Source: an uncultured delta proteobacterium (GTDB lineage: Bacteria; Desulfobacterota; Binatia; UBA9968). From it: a stretch of 64,000 nucleotides of DNA. Position 1 is the first letter of the stretch. The number at the start of each line of letters is the position of its first letter. Under the pieces are notes generated by a model. It worked only from the letters and a program-made list of their open reading frames with translations. It had not been told where the DNA came from and made no database searches. The DNA is taken from positions 38,914 through 102,913 of the forward strand of contig CAVWLW010000063.1 of the NCBI GenBank assembly GCA_963755715.1. The letters are read 5' to 3'. Position numbers and translations under genes: made by a program. Below, in pieces: positions 54,292-64,000 of the stretch.

Positions 54292-55521
54292 ACGCCGGAT
54301 TCGCGCGAAGCTGATTGCCGACTGGAAAGCCGTCGCGCTCGATGAAGTCGGCACGATCGATCGAGACGACAGCGTCGCTGATGCGAATCTTCAGACGAAG
54401 ACGATCTGACCGTCAGTGTAACGTTGATCGCAGAAGCGAGATTTCAGGACAGATCGAGCACGACTTTCGTGACGACGAACTGCGCGACGTCTGCTCGTGA
54501 AGTTCGACACGGCGACGTTCTCGTTCGGCGATCACGCTTGCTGAGTACAAATTGCGGTAGGCGCATACTATCGTGAGCGCACCGGACTTGCGCTCACGAA
54601 TGTTGACATCCTTCGCCGCGGCATACGAGCATATTCGATGACGTATCGTTTCATCATCTACTGCGGCGAGCTCCGATCTTCGATGTGTCGGAGCGTTCGT
54701 CGAACATGCTGGCGCAGTCAACCGTACCCGAACGTTGATTCTTGAGCGTATGAAATCCCTCTGCCGCCGCTGGCGGAGCAGCGGCGGATTGCGGAGGTGC
54801 TGGACCGGGCGGAGGCGTTGCGGGCCAAGCGCCGCGCCGCCCTCGCCCAACTCGACTCCCTCACCCAATCCCTCTTCCTCGACCTCTTCGGCGACCCGGC
54901 TACAAATCCGAAACGCTCGTCCGACAAATCGCGCTGATTGACTCATCGTCGCAGCGGCGCGATCAGCTACGGAATCGCTCATGCCTGCGGCTGGACCATG
55001 CCAGTCCGGCAAATACATTCGTCGTCGTTGGACATGAATGACGGTGGCATCGAGCTCTCACGATATTCGAGAAGTCGATCGGACGTCGATCACGAACGAC
55101 TTTACAAGCGCTACGCTGCTCGAAGTCGGCGACATTCTGTACGTCAATCGGCGGCCGACGTTCGGACGACTCGCAGTCGTTGCAGTCGGAATTGGAGGTT
55201 TGAACATTCAGCCTCATTCAGATACCGCTCGGCTCGCGATTCGTACTCGATCCTGACATCTTCGTTCGCGACTGTCTGCGTTCAGACGATTCCAACGCTG
55301 ATGGCACGCACATCAACAGGCAGCTAGCCGTCTCAAACGATATCAATCTTCGGAGATGTCGAGTTCGTGCCGATTCTGTTCCCCCCATCGAATTGCAGCG
55401 CGAATTCGCCCGCCGAGTTCGTGCGGTGGAGAAGCTGAAGACGGCGCAGCGCGCGTCGCTGGCGGAGCTGGACGCGCTCTTCGCCTCGCTCCAGCACCGC
55501 GCCTTTCGAGGGGAGCTGTAG
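54288..55521 (+). CDS. hsdS: Type I RM specificity subunit; both TRDs unreadable
   Basis: Clean [32 protein letters not shown] (~54755-54910) and [20 protein letters not shown]; GTGA overlap with hsdM. Confidence 0.85.
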
Positions 55522-56579
55522 TGAACACGCTGCGGCGATTTAGCGCGGGACAACATTCGATTCCCAGCGGGACGAGTTGGTATCTCGCGGATCTTGGCGA
55601 GTTTCGCGGCAAGCAGGAGCTGTATACTCGTCAGTCGCCGCAGCGTCTCAAGGCTCTGCGCGAGCATGCGCTCATCGAAAGCGCAGTATCGAGCAATCGA
55701 CTCGAGGGCGTGGAAGTGGATCCGAAGCGGTTGCATGACGTGCTGGTCAAGCCAAAGCCGTTGTTTCGCGATCGTGACGAAGAGGAAGTGCGCGGCTACC
55801 GGGAGGCGTTGAGCCTGATTCACGACGATTTCGCCGCTATCAAGATCTCCGAGGCGACGGTGCGCCGGCTGCATCGGCTGACCCGAGGCGAGATTTGGGA
55901 CGCCGGCAAATATAAGGAAAGCGAAAGCGACATTGTCGAGCGCCTCCCCGACGGACGGCGGCGCGTGCGGTTTCGCACGGTGCCCGCAAGCGAGACCGCA
56001 CGGCATATGACGGCGTTGGTGTCCGACTGGCAGCGTTGCCTCAAAGAACGCTGGGTGCATCCGCTGGTGGCGCTGGCTTGTTTCAATCTCGACTTTCTTT
56101 GTATTCATCCGTTTCGCGACGGCAATGGGCGCGTATCGCGGCTGCTGTTGCTCCTTCAGTGCTACCATCTTGGCTATGAAGTCGGGCGGTACATCAGCTT
56201 GGAGCGGCTGATCGAGCAGAACAAGGAGCGCTACTACGAGACGCTGGAGCAGAGCTCGCAGCAGTGGCATGAGGGTGACCACGATCCATGGCCTTATGTG
56301 AACTTCCTACTGTTCATTCTCAAGACCGCTTACGGGGAACTGGTGGACAGAGTCGGCGATATAAAAGCGCCGCGCGGCTCGAAGACTGAAATGATCCTCG
56401 CTGCGATCGAGCGGCTGCCTCGCGAATTTACCGTCGTGCAATTGGAAAAGACATGCCCAGGTGTGAGCCGGGAAATGGTGCGCCGCGTGCTAGGCAGTCA
56501 AAAAGGCAAACGCGTGAAATGCATCGGCCGCGGGCCCGGCGCTCGTTGGACCAAGATCGGCTCAGGCAAGAAAGGGTAA
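55521..56579 (+). CDS. Fic family protein
   Basis: HPFRDGNGRVSR motif, IESAVSSNRLEG, C-terminal HTH-like region. Confidence 0.92.
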   Translation: MNTLRRFSAGQHSIPSGTSWYLADLGEFRGKQELYTRQSPQRLKALREHALIESAVSSNRLEGVEVDPKRLHDVLVKPKPLFRDRDEEEVRGYREALSLIHDDFAAIKISEATVRRLHRLTRGEIWDAGKYKESESDIVERLPDGRRRVRFRTVPASETARHMTALVSDWQRCLKERWVHPLVALACFNLDFLCIHPFRDGNGRVSRLLLLLQCYHLGYEVGRYISLERLIEQNKERYYETLEQSSQQWHEGDHDPWPYVNFLLFILKTAYGELVDRVGDIKAPRGSKTEMILAAIERLPREFTVVQLEKTCPGVSREMVRRVLGSQKGKRVKCIGRGPGARWTKIGSGKKG

Positions 56580-59500
56580 TGTCCTTAAAAGAGGGTAATA
56601 AAGAGGGTAGCGACTTGAGCCAGTTCGTTTTCCTCTCGCAAGAATGGCCTGCTGTATTCGAGCCGGCGGCGAAGGCGGAGTCGCTGGTCTATCCGGACTC
56701 GCGCAGCTCGTGCTTCCACGCGCGCCGGGCGTTGGAGCTGGCGGTTCATTGGCTCTATAAACACGACTCGACGTTACGACTTCCCTATCAAGATCACCTG
56801 AGCGCGCTGGTTCACGAGCCTACTTTTCGGCGCGCCGTCGGGCCGGCGGTCTTTGCCAAGATCAAAGTTATTAAAGACCTCGGCAATCTCGCCGTCCACA
56901 GCCACAAGCCGGTGCGGCAACTCGATGCGCTGACGGCGACGAAAGAACTTTTCCACTTCATGTTCTGGCTGGCGCGCACCTATGCGCGTGGAGCGAAGCC
57001 GGCGGACGATCTTTCATTCAATCCGGATTTGCTTCCTAAGAGCGGCGCCGTCCCGGCGCAGACGCTGGAACAACTGCAGAAGTTGGAGAGCCAGCTTCGC
57101 GAGCGCGATGAAAAGCTCTCCGAACTGCTGTCCGGCAAGAAGGCGCTGGATGACGAACTGGAGCGGCTGCGCATCGAAGTTGCTGAGGCGAAGAAGCAGA
57201 ACGCCGCGCGGCCCGACGATCACAACTACTCGGAAGCCGAGACGCGCGACTACTTCATCGACTTGTTGCTGAAGGAAGCGGGATGGGCGCTCGCCAATCC
57301 ACAGGACCGGGAGTTTCCCGTTACCGGCATGCCCAACAACGCGGGCGAAGGCTTTGTCGATTACGTGCTGTGGGGCGACGACGGCAAACCGCTCGGGCTC
57401 GTCGAGGCAAAGCGGACGAAGCGCGACTCGCGGGTCGGCCAGCAGCAAGCGAAGTTGTACGCCGATTGTCTGGAGAAACAGTTTGGCCAGCGGCCGATAA
57501 TCTTCTACTCCAACGGCTACGACCACTGGATGTGGGACGACGCGAGCTATCCGCCGCGGCCGGTGCAAGGTTTTTACAAGAAAGCCGAGTTGGAACTGCT
57601 CATTCAACGACGCGACAGCTCGGAAGACTCTCGCCGACGCTAAAATCAACGAGTCCATTGTTGAACGCTACTATCAATCGCGGTCGATACGGCGAGTGGG
57701 TGAAGCATTCGAGCGCGACCTGGACCGCAAGGCGTTGCTGACGATGGCGACCGGCGCAGGGAAGACTCGGACGGTGATCGCGCTCTGCGAACTGTTGATG
57801 CGCTGCAACTGGGCGAAGCGAGTGCTGTTTCTCGCTGACCGCGTGGCGCTGGTGCGACAGGCCGTCAACGCTTTCAAGAGGTTTCTTCCCGACACCTCGC
57901 CCGTGAATCTGGTTACGGAGAAGGATGCCGAGGGCCGGGTTTTTGTATCGACTTATCCGACGATGATGGGGCTGATCGACGAGGCGGACGACGGCCAGCG
58001 CCGGTTCGGCGTCGGCCACTTCGATCTGGTCATCATCGACGAAGCGCATCGGTCGGTTTACCAAAAGTACGGCGCGATCTTTGAGTATTTCGATTCCCTG
58101 CTGGTCGGGCTCACCGCGACACCGAAGGACGAAGTCGATCGAAACACTTATCGATTGTTTAACCTTGAAAACGGCGTGCCGACCGATAACTACACGCTCG
58201 ACGAAGCGGTCAGGGACGGCTTCCTCGTGCCGCCGAAAGCTGTTTCCGTGCCTTTACGATTCCAGCGCGAAGGGATTTCCTACGACCAACTGTCCGAAGA
58301 AGAAAAAGAAGAGTGGGATGCGCTGGAATGGAGCGACGACGGTACGATACCGAATCGCGTGGAAGCTCAGGCGGTAAACCGCTGGCTGTTCAACAAAGAT
58401 ACCGTGGACAAGGTGCTGGAGCACCTGATGACGCGCGGCCTTAAAGTGGCCGGCGGGGATCGCTTGGGCAAGACCATCGTCTTCGCCAAAAATCACGACC
58501 ATGCGCAGTTCATCGCGGAGCGGTTCAATATCAATTACCCGCACTACAAAGGAGAGTTTGCGCGGGTCATCGACTTTGAGACGGAGTATGTTCAGAGCCT
58601 GATCGATAATTTCTCCATTGTGACCAAAGACCCGCACATCGCGATTTCCGTGGATATGCTCGACACCGGCATCGATATCCCGGAGGTCGTCAATCTGGTT
58701 TTCTTCAAGCTCGTGCGCTCAAAGACGAAATTTTGGCAGATGCTCGGGCGAGGAACGCGGCTTTGTCCCGACCTGTTCGGGCCGGGCAAGGACAAAGAGT
58801 TTTTCTATGTTTTCGATTACTGCCAGAACCTCGAATTTTTCAGCCAGCAACTGCCGGCCACGGAAGGCGCTACCAGCGAGTCTCTCGCCAAGCGGTTATT
58901 TAACGCCCGTCTGGAATTGATCGGGGAGTTGGACAAGAAGGCTTCGGTTGAGCACGCGGCATGATGGCGGCGGACACAGCGGCGAGGCTGCCGACACCTT
59001 TGGATCAGGATCGAGCGACGACGAGGTGAGGCGAGCCACGGCGGAAATTGCTGCGGATCGAAGTGGCGGCGATGAACGTCAATAACTTCGTCGTCCGGCC
59101 GAAACGGCGCTTTGTCGAGAAATACGCTTCGACAACTGCGTGGAGTCAGCTAGACGATGTTGCGTATGCCGAACTCTCGCACGAAGTCGCGGGCCTGCCG
59201 ACGGAACTAGATCCGGAAGATGAAGAAGCGAAGCGTTTCGACCTGCTGATTCTGAATCTGCAGCTCGCAGTCTTGCGCCACGAACCTTCCTTTGCGCGCC
59301 TGCGCGATCAGGTAAAAGGCATTGCAGGTCTGCTCCAAGATAAAGCCAGCATCCCGATGATCCAGGCCGAGTTGCCGCTGATTTTAGATTTACAGACCGA
59401 TGAGTGGTGGCAGGACGTCACCGTGCCGATATTGGAAAACGTCAGGAGACGATTGCGCTCGCTGGTGAAGTTGATCGAGAAAAAACAGCGCCAGCCCATT

Positions 59501-60040
59501 TACACCGACTTCGAAGACTTGATGGGCAGTGAAAGGGAATTCACCCTGCCTGGGTTTTCGGCGCCGAGTGATTTCGAACGATTCCGAGCCAAAGCGCGCC
59601 AGTTTCTCAAAGCAAATGAGAATCACATCTCCGTGTATAAACTCCGGATGAATGAACCGCTGACCCCGACTGATTTGGCCGAGTTAGAGCGGATGCTCTC
59701 AGAAAGCGGAATCGGCAACGCCGAAGATTTACAAAAAGCTAAAGACACGAACGAGGGGTTAGGTTTGTTCGTGCGTTCATTGGTCGGACTGGAGCGCGAC
59801 GCTGCGAAAAAAGCTTTGGGCGGCTTTCTTACCGGAAAAACTTTGCGCGCCAACCAAATCGAGTTTTTGAATTTGATCATCGACCATTTAACCGAGCACG
59901 GTTCGATGGATGCGCGACTGCTCTACGATTCACCCTACACCGACTTTAGCCCGCGCGGTGTTGACGGGGTGTTCGAGTCCAAAGAAGTTGATGAGCTGGT
60001 CTCAATTCTCGATGATGTGCGGAAGAGGGCTGTGGGATAG
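56579..60040 (+). CDS. hsdR: Type I RM restriction subunit (EcoEI-like, DUF4145-like N-terminus); frameshifts ~57615 and ~58960-59050
   Basis: EAETR..IDLLL..AGW, VDYVL..VEAK, QAKLY, MATGAGKT, DEAH, GLTATP, QMLGRGTR, LYDSPYTD. Confidence 0.93.
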
Positions 60041-60247
60041 TGTTAGCGATGGCCTAAACTTCAATTCCCCATGAAATTCGCCTGCGGATATGGGTGGCAT
60101 CACTTTCTCAGTCAACTCCCTGCTCTCGAAACGCCAGCGCCCCCTCAAACACTCACTAAAAATAAGCTACACTGAAAAAAATGGCGCGCTGATCATCAGC
60201 GCCGCCCCGCGCAATATAGCCAGCGGTTTTCCAATAATCAGACAGCG

Positions 60248-60570
60248 ATGAAAGTTCTGGTCCTCAATTGCGGCAGCTCGACGGTAAAGTTTCAGGTCAT
60301 CGAGACCGCCGAAACGTCGACACCGACGCATCAGGATCACAAACTCGTTTCAGGTTTGGTCGATCACCTCGGCGGTCAGGCGACCTTTAAGCTTACACGT
60401 GCCGGAAGCACGGCGGGCACCGAAGAAAATCTCACCTTAGCGAATCACGAAGAAGCCGTGCGCGTGATCATCGAACGCCTCGGCTCTTCAGCGCCGGACG
60501 GCGCCCTTCAGCCTGAGGCTGTGGGCCACCGCGTGGTTCATGGCGGCGGTCTCTTTAGCGAGGCGGCAAA
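60248..60570 (+). pseudogene. ackA: Acetate kinase N-terminal fragment
   Basis: MKVLVLNCGSSTVKF and VGHRVVHGG, then homology stops. Confidence 0.8.
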
Positions 60571-60593
60571 CGATATTGGAGGGATAAAAACCC

Positions 60594-60875
60594 ATGAGAA
60601 TTGAATACGACACGGCCCGCGATCTTCTGAACATCGAATTCTTGCCCAATGTTCCCATCGACGACTCCATCGAGCTGGACGGTGTAGTCATCGACTACGC
60701 GAAAGACAAGCGAATCGTCTCTATCGAAGTGCTCGATGCCAGCAAACGAACCACGCGCAATCCTTTGGATCTCACAAAGCTTGCGGTTGTAAAATCTTCC
60801 GACACGGGCGCCGTGCGGGAGAGCGGCGAGAAATACCGAAAACGGCAAGGCAGGAAAATCGCTCCTCGACGGTGA
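60594..60875 (+). CDS. DUF2283-like protein
   Basis: MRIEYD..DLLNIEF..SIE..GVVIDY..IVSIEVLDASK. Confidence 0.75.
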   Translation: MRIEYDTARDLLNIEFLPNVPIDDSIELDGVVIDYAKDKRIVSIEVLDASKRTTRNPLDLTKLAVVKSSDTGAVRESGEKYRKRQGRKIAPRR

Positions 60876-61061
60876 CACATGTCATGAACCAGTTGGCGTG
60901 AACGACTCGACCGACTACACGCAAGGATTATATCCGCGAACGCTTTGACTGGCTTGAAGCGATGGAGTGACTTGAACGTCTGGAACTGACCGGTCCCCCA
61001 ATGAACGGAGCGAAGCTGTTGAACATTTTTAACGGTTCAGTGACGAAACGGAGGACTCGCA

Positions 61062-62420
61062 GTGAGTGTCGTGGGTCGTAACGACCCTTGTCCATGCGGC
61101 AGTGGACGCAAATTTAAAAGGTGCTGCATGAACAAGAGCGCTGCGGTTGCGCAGTCCTACCGTCCGGCGGAGCGAAGCAGCGCTTTGGCTAAGCTTATGG
61201 GCTTCGCTGCTCGGCCGAAATACCAGGAACTGCACCGTGCGGCACTCGCGCTGTTCTGGGGCGACTGGCTTTCCGAAAAACCGGATCATCAGCTCGAAGA
61301 AGTGATGACTTCAGAGCAGGTCGAGATCGCCTACAACAGTTGGCTCGCCTTTGATTTCGACTGCGGCGGCGGTCGGAGGATGCTGGATGACTATCTCGAA
61401 ACCGAAGGAAACAAATTAAGCTCCGGAGAATTGAATTATTTGAACGGCCTACGAGGAAGCCATCTACGGTTGTATGAGATCCTCGAAGTGAAACCCGATC
61501 AAGGCTTCGAAGTGCGCGACTTGTGGGACGACCGACGCTTGTATGTGCGCGAGCGCGCCGCGACACGGCAGATTGTGGCGTGGGACTTGATTGTCGCGCG
61601 GATCGGGCCAGGGGGAGACGGCGAGACGGTTTTTGAAACGATCCCCTATTTATTCCGGGCGGCGGACAAAGATGGTCTACTGAAGGGCCTCAGGAAGGCG
61701 CACCAAGTCTTCACGCATGAGTTTCCGAATGAAGAGATCTCCGACTTCTTCAAAAGGATGGCGCCAGTCTTCCATAAGCTCTGGTTGGAACGCGTCGCGC
61801 TGCCGCCCCATCCTAAGATCATCACTGGTGACGGAGAGCCGTTTATATTCGCTAAAGTGTTATTCGATCTGGCGGACCGCGACGCGGTGATCCGCTCATT
61901 GGCGGATCGCGACGATATCGTCGATCAGGACGATGGCAGCTACGTTTGGCTCGAACCGGCCGGCGATTTTCAGCGCAGTGTCGGCACGATCATCATCGAA
62001 GCAAAACGCGTCGTGCTCGAAACCACTTCTCAGAAACGCGCCGAGAAAGCGCGGGACGAGTTGGCGAATTTATTCGCCGGCGCGGCACGATTTCGCGCCA
62101 TCAGCTACGAAGACGTCGAGCAAGCGCTCAAGCGCGCGCCGCAAACAAGCAAACCGAAAGAACCGGATATTCCCATCGAAGAACAGCGCAAAGTTCTCGG
62201 CGAGTACTACGAGAATCATTACCGCAAGTGGCTCGACGAGCCGGTGCCGGCTCTCGGCAACCGCACGCCGCGCCACGCTGCGCGCTTGAAAACGGTGCGT
62301 CCCAAACTGGTCGCGCTGCTCAAGGATTTTGAGAGCCACTCGGAACGCCAGCGCCGGTCCGGCGAGATCGCCTATGATTTTAGTTGGATGTGGGAGGAAC
62401 TGGGATTGAATCGGGAATGA
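61062..62420 (+). CDS. SEC-C motif protein with C-terminal Xre/MbcA/ParS-like motif
   Basis: GRNDPCPCGSGRKFKRCC; WLDEPVPALGNRTP; GGAGG RBS. Confidence 0.8.
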   Translation: MSVVGRNDPCPCGSGRKFKRCCMNKSAAVAQSYRPAERSSALAKLMGFAARPKYQELHRAALALFWGDWLSEKPDHQLEEVMTSEQVEIAYNSWLAFDFDCGGGRRMLDDYLETEGNKLSSGELNYLNGLRGSHLRLYEILEVKPDQGFEVRDLWDDRRLYVRERAATRQIVAWDLIVARIGPGGDGETVFETIPYLFRAADKDGLLKGLRKAHQVFTHEFPNEEISDFFKRMAPVFHKLWLERVALPPHPKIITGDGEPFIFAKVLFDLADRDAVIRSLADRDDIVDQDDGSYVWLEPAGDFQRSVGTIIIEAKRVVLETTSQKRAEKARDELANLFAGAARFRAISYEDVEQALKRAPQTSKPKEPDIPIEEQRKVLGEYYENHYRKWLDEPVPALGNRTPRHAARLKTVRPKLVALLKDFESHSERQRRSGEIAYDFSWMWEELGLNRE

Positions 62421-62716
62421 GATCATAAACATGGAACGGAGCGAAGCGCTTGAACGGTTTGAACTGCTTGAACCAAGGGTGGGCTCTGGGGGAGCCGGAG
62501 GATGATCAATGTTCTCGAACCGGCTTCTTTGGTCAACGGTTTGAATAAATCCAACGCACTGCCTGCTCTTGTTAGATAGGGCATCACGACGGAAATTTAT
62601 ACGCACGTGGCAATTCGGAAAGTAAAGACCAGTGCACGGAAAAGACCCTTGAGGGTCAGGTCTTGCGCTGCGACACCGGTTCTTACGTCGGCCGGCGCTT
62701 AAGACTGGGCGCCTAC

Positions 62717-62944
62717 TCACAGCTCCTTTAACAACCATTTTTCGACCTCGTCAAAGTCGGCTTTGGGAATGCCACAGGCATATAGAACACGCTGTAGTCT
62801 ACTGGACCTAGTAATAACAAAACCGCGTCTGGTCTCTGCTCGTATCAGGCGACAGATCATCCCGCATATTTTAAGGGCATCTCTGTTGTCCCCCGACTTC
62901 GGGTAATATTCCGCCCAAATCCGCCCTATCTCGTTGTCATCCAT
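62717..62944 (-). CDS. Hypothetical protein
   Basis: 75 aa ORF in a lower-GC segment; no recognisable motif. Confidence 0.35.
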   Translation of the reverse strand: MDDNEIGRIWAEYYPKSGDNRDALKICGMICRLIRAETRRGFVITRSSRLQRVLYACGIPKADFDEVEKWLLKEL

Positions 62945-63088
62945 GTTGCCCTGTGGTTCGCGGATCAGGATCTCGGCTCAGCCGGGCGCACCTACCCGCT
63001 TTGGTTCACCTGCCCGACGAACTGTACGTGCAAGAAGACGCGGAGGATATGAAAGACCCTGCACTAGCCCTGGAGTCGACTCCAGCAT

Positions 63089-63686
63089 TCAGGAACGCGG
63101 ATTCTGATCTTTGACCCTTTGGAGCAGCTCCTGAAGTGACGATTTGGCAACTACGCGTTCAAATTGAGCGTTAACATTCTTGGTGATATCCACATGATCG
63201 ATCACCATATTGAACACTTTCCACTGCCCGTTGACATTATGCAGCCAGTAGTCAATCGGTAAATCATCACTGTAGCGGCGGACGACCTTGGTCTCGACGC
63301 TCACATCGTTGCCATCCTGAAGTTCACGGTTGAATTGAACTTCATCCCCTCGCGCGGAGCGCACGATTCTGCCATAAGAAATCAATTGCCATTGTGTAAA
63401 GGCGTCGACAAATTGCTTCTGTCACTAGGTTCAGCAACTTGCAGTGCTGACCCAACGAGCGCTTCGTCATCTCAGAAAAATCGAAACGAGCGAGCACCAG
63501 TTTACGCGCGCTCTCAGGCATCCCATTTGTCTGCAATTCTTCGCGCGGGGTGTTGCTGATGATTGGTACAAAACCATCAATCGTCGTACTTAGTTGTTTG
63601 GTGGCGTCGCCTGCTCTGAGAAGCGAAGGCAATAAAGACAAAAAGGCAAAAATCCATATACCAAGTCCAAATCTGAAGATTTTCAT
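63089..63686 (-). CDS. mlaC: MlaC/Ttg2D phospholipid-binding protein, frameshifted
   Basis: Signal peptide, FDFSEMTKRSLGQH, PIDYWL...WKVFNMVI, FERVVAKSS. Confidence 0.8.
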
Positions 63687-64000
63687 AAGTCTTCCCCTTT
63701 CTTATGGTCCGTGATCTAGGCACAAACACAAGATCGAGCCATGAACGCTGGCATTCAAATACGGGGAGTTAACACTGGAGGGCTTTGCCTACGGTTCGAA
63801 GATAGTAAGGTAATAGCTGCAAGGGCCATACCTCTACGGAGATAAAACGGGGTCAAGAGCAATTTTAGCTTCACAACAGGAAACAAACGACAGGAAACTC
63901 GATTCTAGCAAACGCCGCATAGCCGTTGATCTCGTTGAAAACATGAGCGGCTGTCCGGGGGTCGAAAATTCGGGATAAAGAAAATCATTAACACGCGAAA

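Noticed and set aside
54413-55018. Separate gene or inverted segment within hsdS
   Set aside because: The translation is featureless, and the hsdS remnants in both TRDs are on the + strand.
55218-56282. Long antisense ORFs (this one, 23395..24321, 35301..36125, 13174..13929 and others)
   Set aside because: They are shadows of well-supported genes on the opposite strand in GC-rich DNA and carry no motifs.
1-64000. Widespread frameshifts as mass pseudogenisation or programmed frameshifting
   Set aside because: Single-base indels hit many unrelated genes whose motifs are otherwise intact, and no consistent slippery site was seen. Long-read consensus error is more likely.

Overview
Bacterial contig, moderately GC-rich. 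The gene content resembles Ca. Binatia / Deltaproteobacteria-type genomes (inference). Many genes are split by single-base indels, probably long-read consensus errors, so split ORFs were rejoined by eye. Bases 1-37.6 kb form a mostly + strand transport/catabolism region: 15 solute-binding proteins (10 NMT1/SsuA-like, 4 Fe3+/AfuA-like, 1 TctC/Bug) with no permease or ATPase. They are interleaved with five heme-oxygenase-like (CADD/PqqC/TenA-fold) diiron proteins, two ComD/ComE-like ThDP pairs, two amidohydrolases, two VOC proteins, a dienelactone hydrolase, GGT, UbiD, a radical SAM/SPASM maturase and an orphan GrdE-like protein. A RAYT transposase with REPs and several palindromic repeat families are also present. 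37.9-43.8 kb is one very large double-lipase/CHAT-protease gene. 45-52 kb is a sigma54-associated module (ferritin-like pair, sensorless activator, DksA-like, PaaA-like, receiver, Usp). 52.7-60 kb is a type I RM operon with an embedded Fic gene and an hsdS that is unreadable only in its two TRDs. The window ends with truncated ackA, a DUF2283-like gene, a SEC-C protein and mlaC. No rRNA, tRNA or CRISPR array was seen. All family calls come from motif recognition, not database searches.
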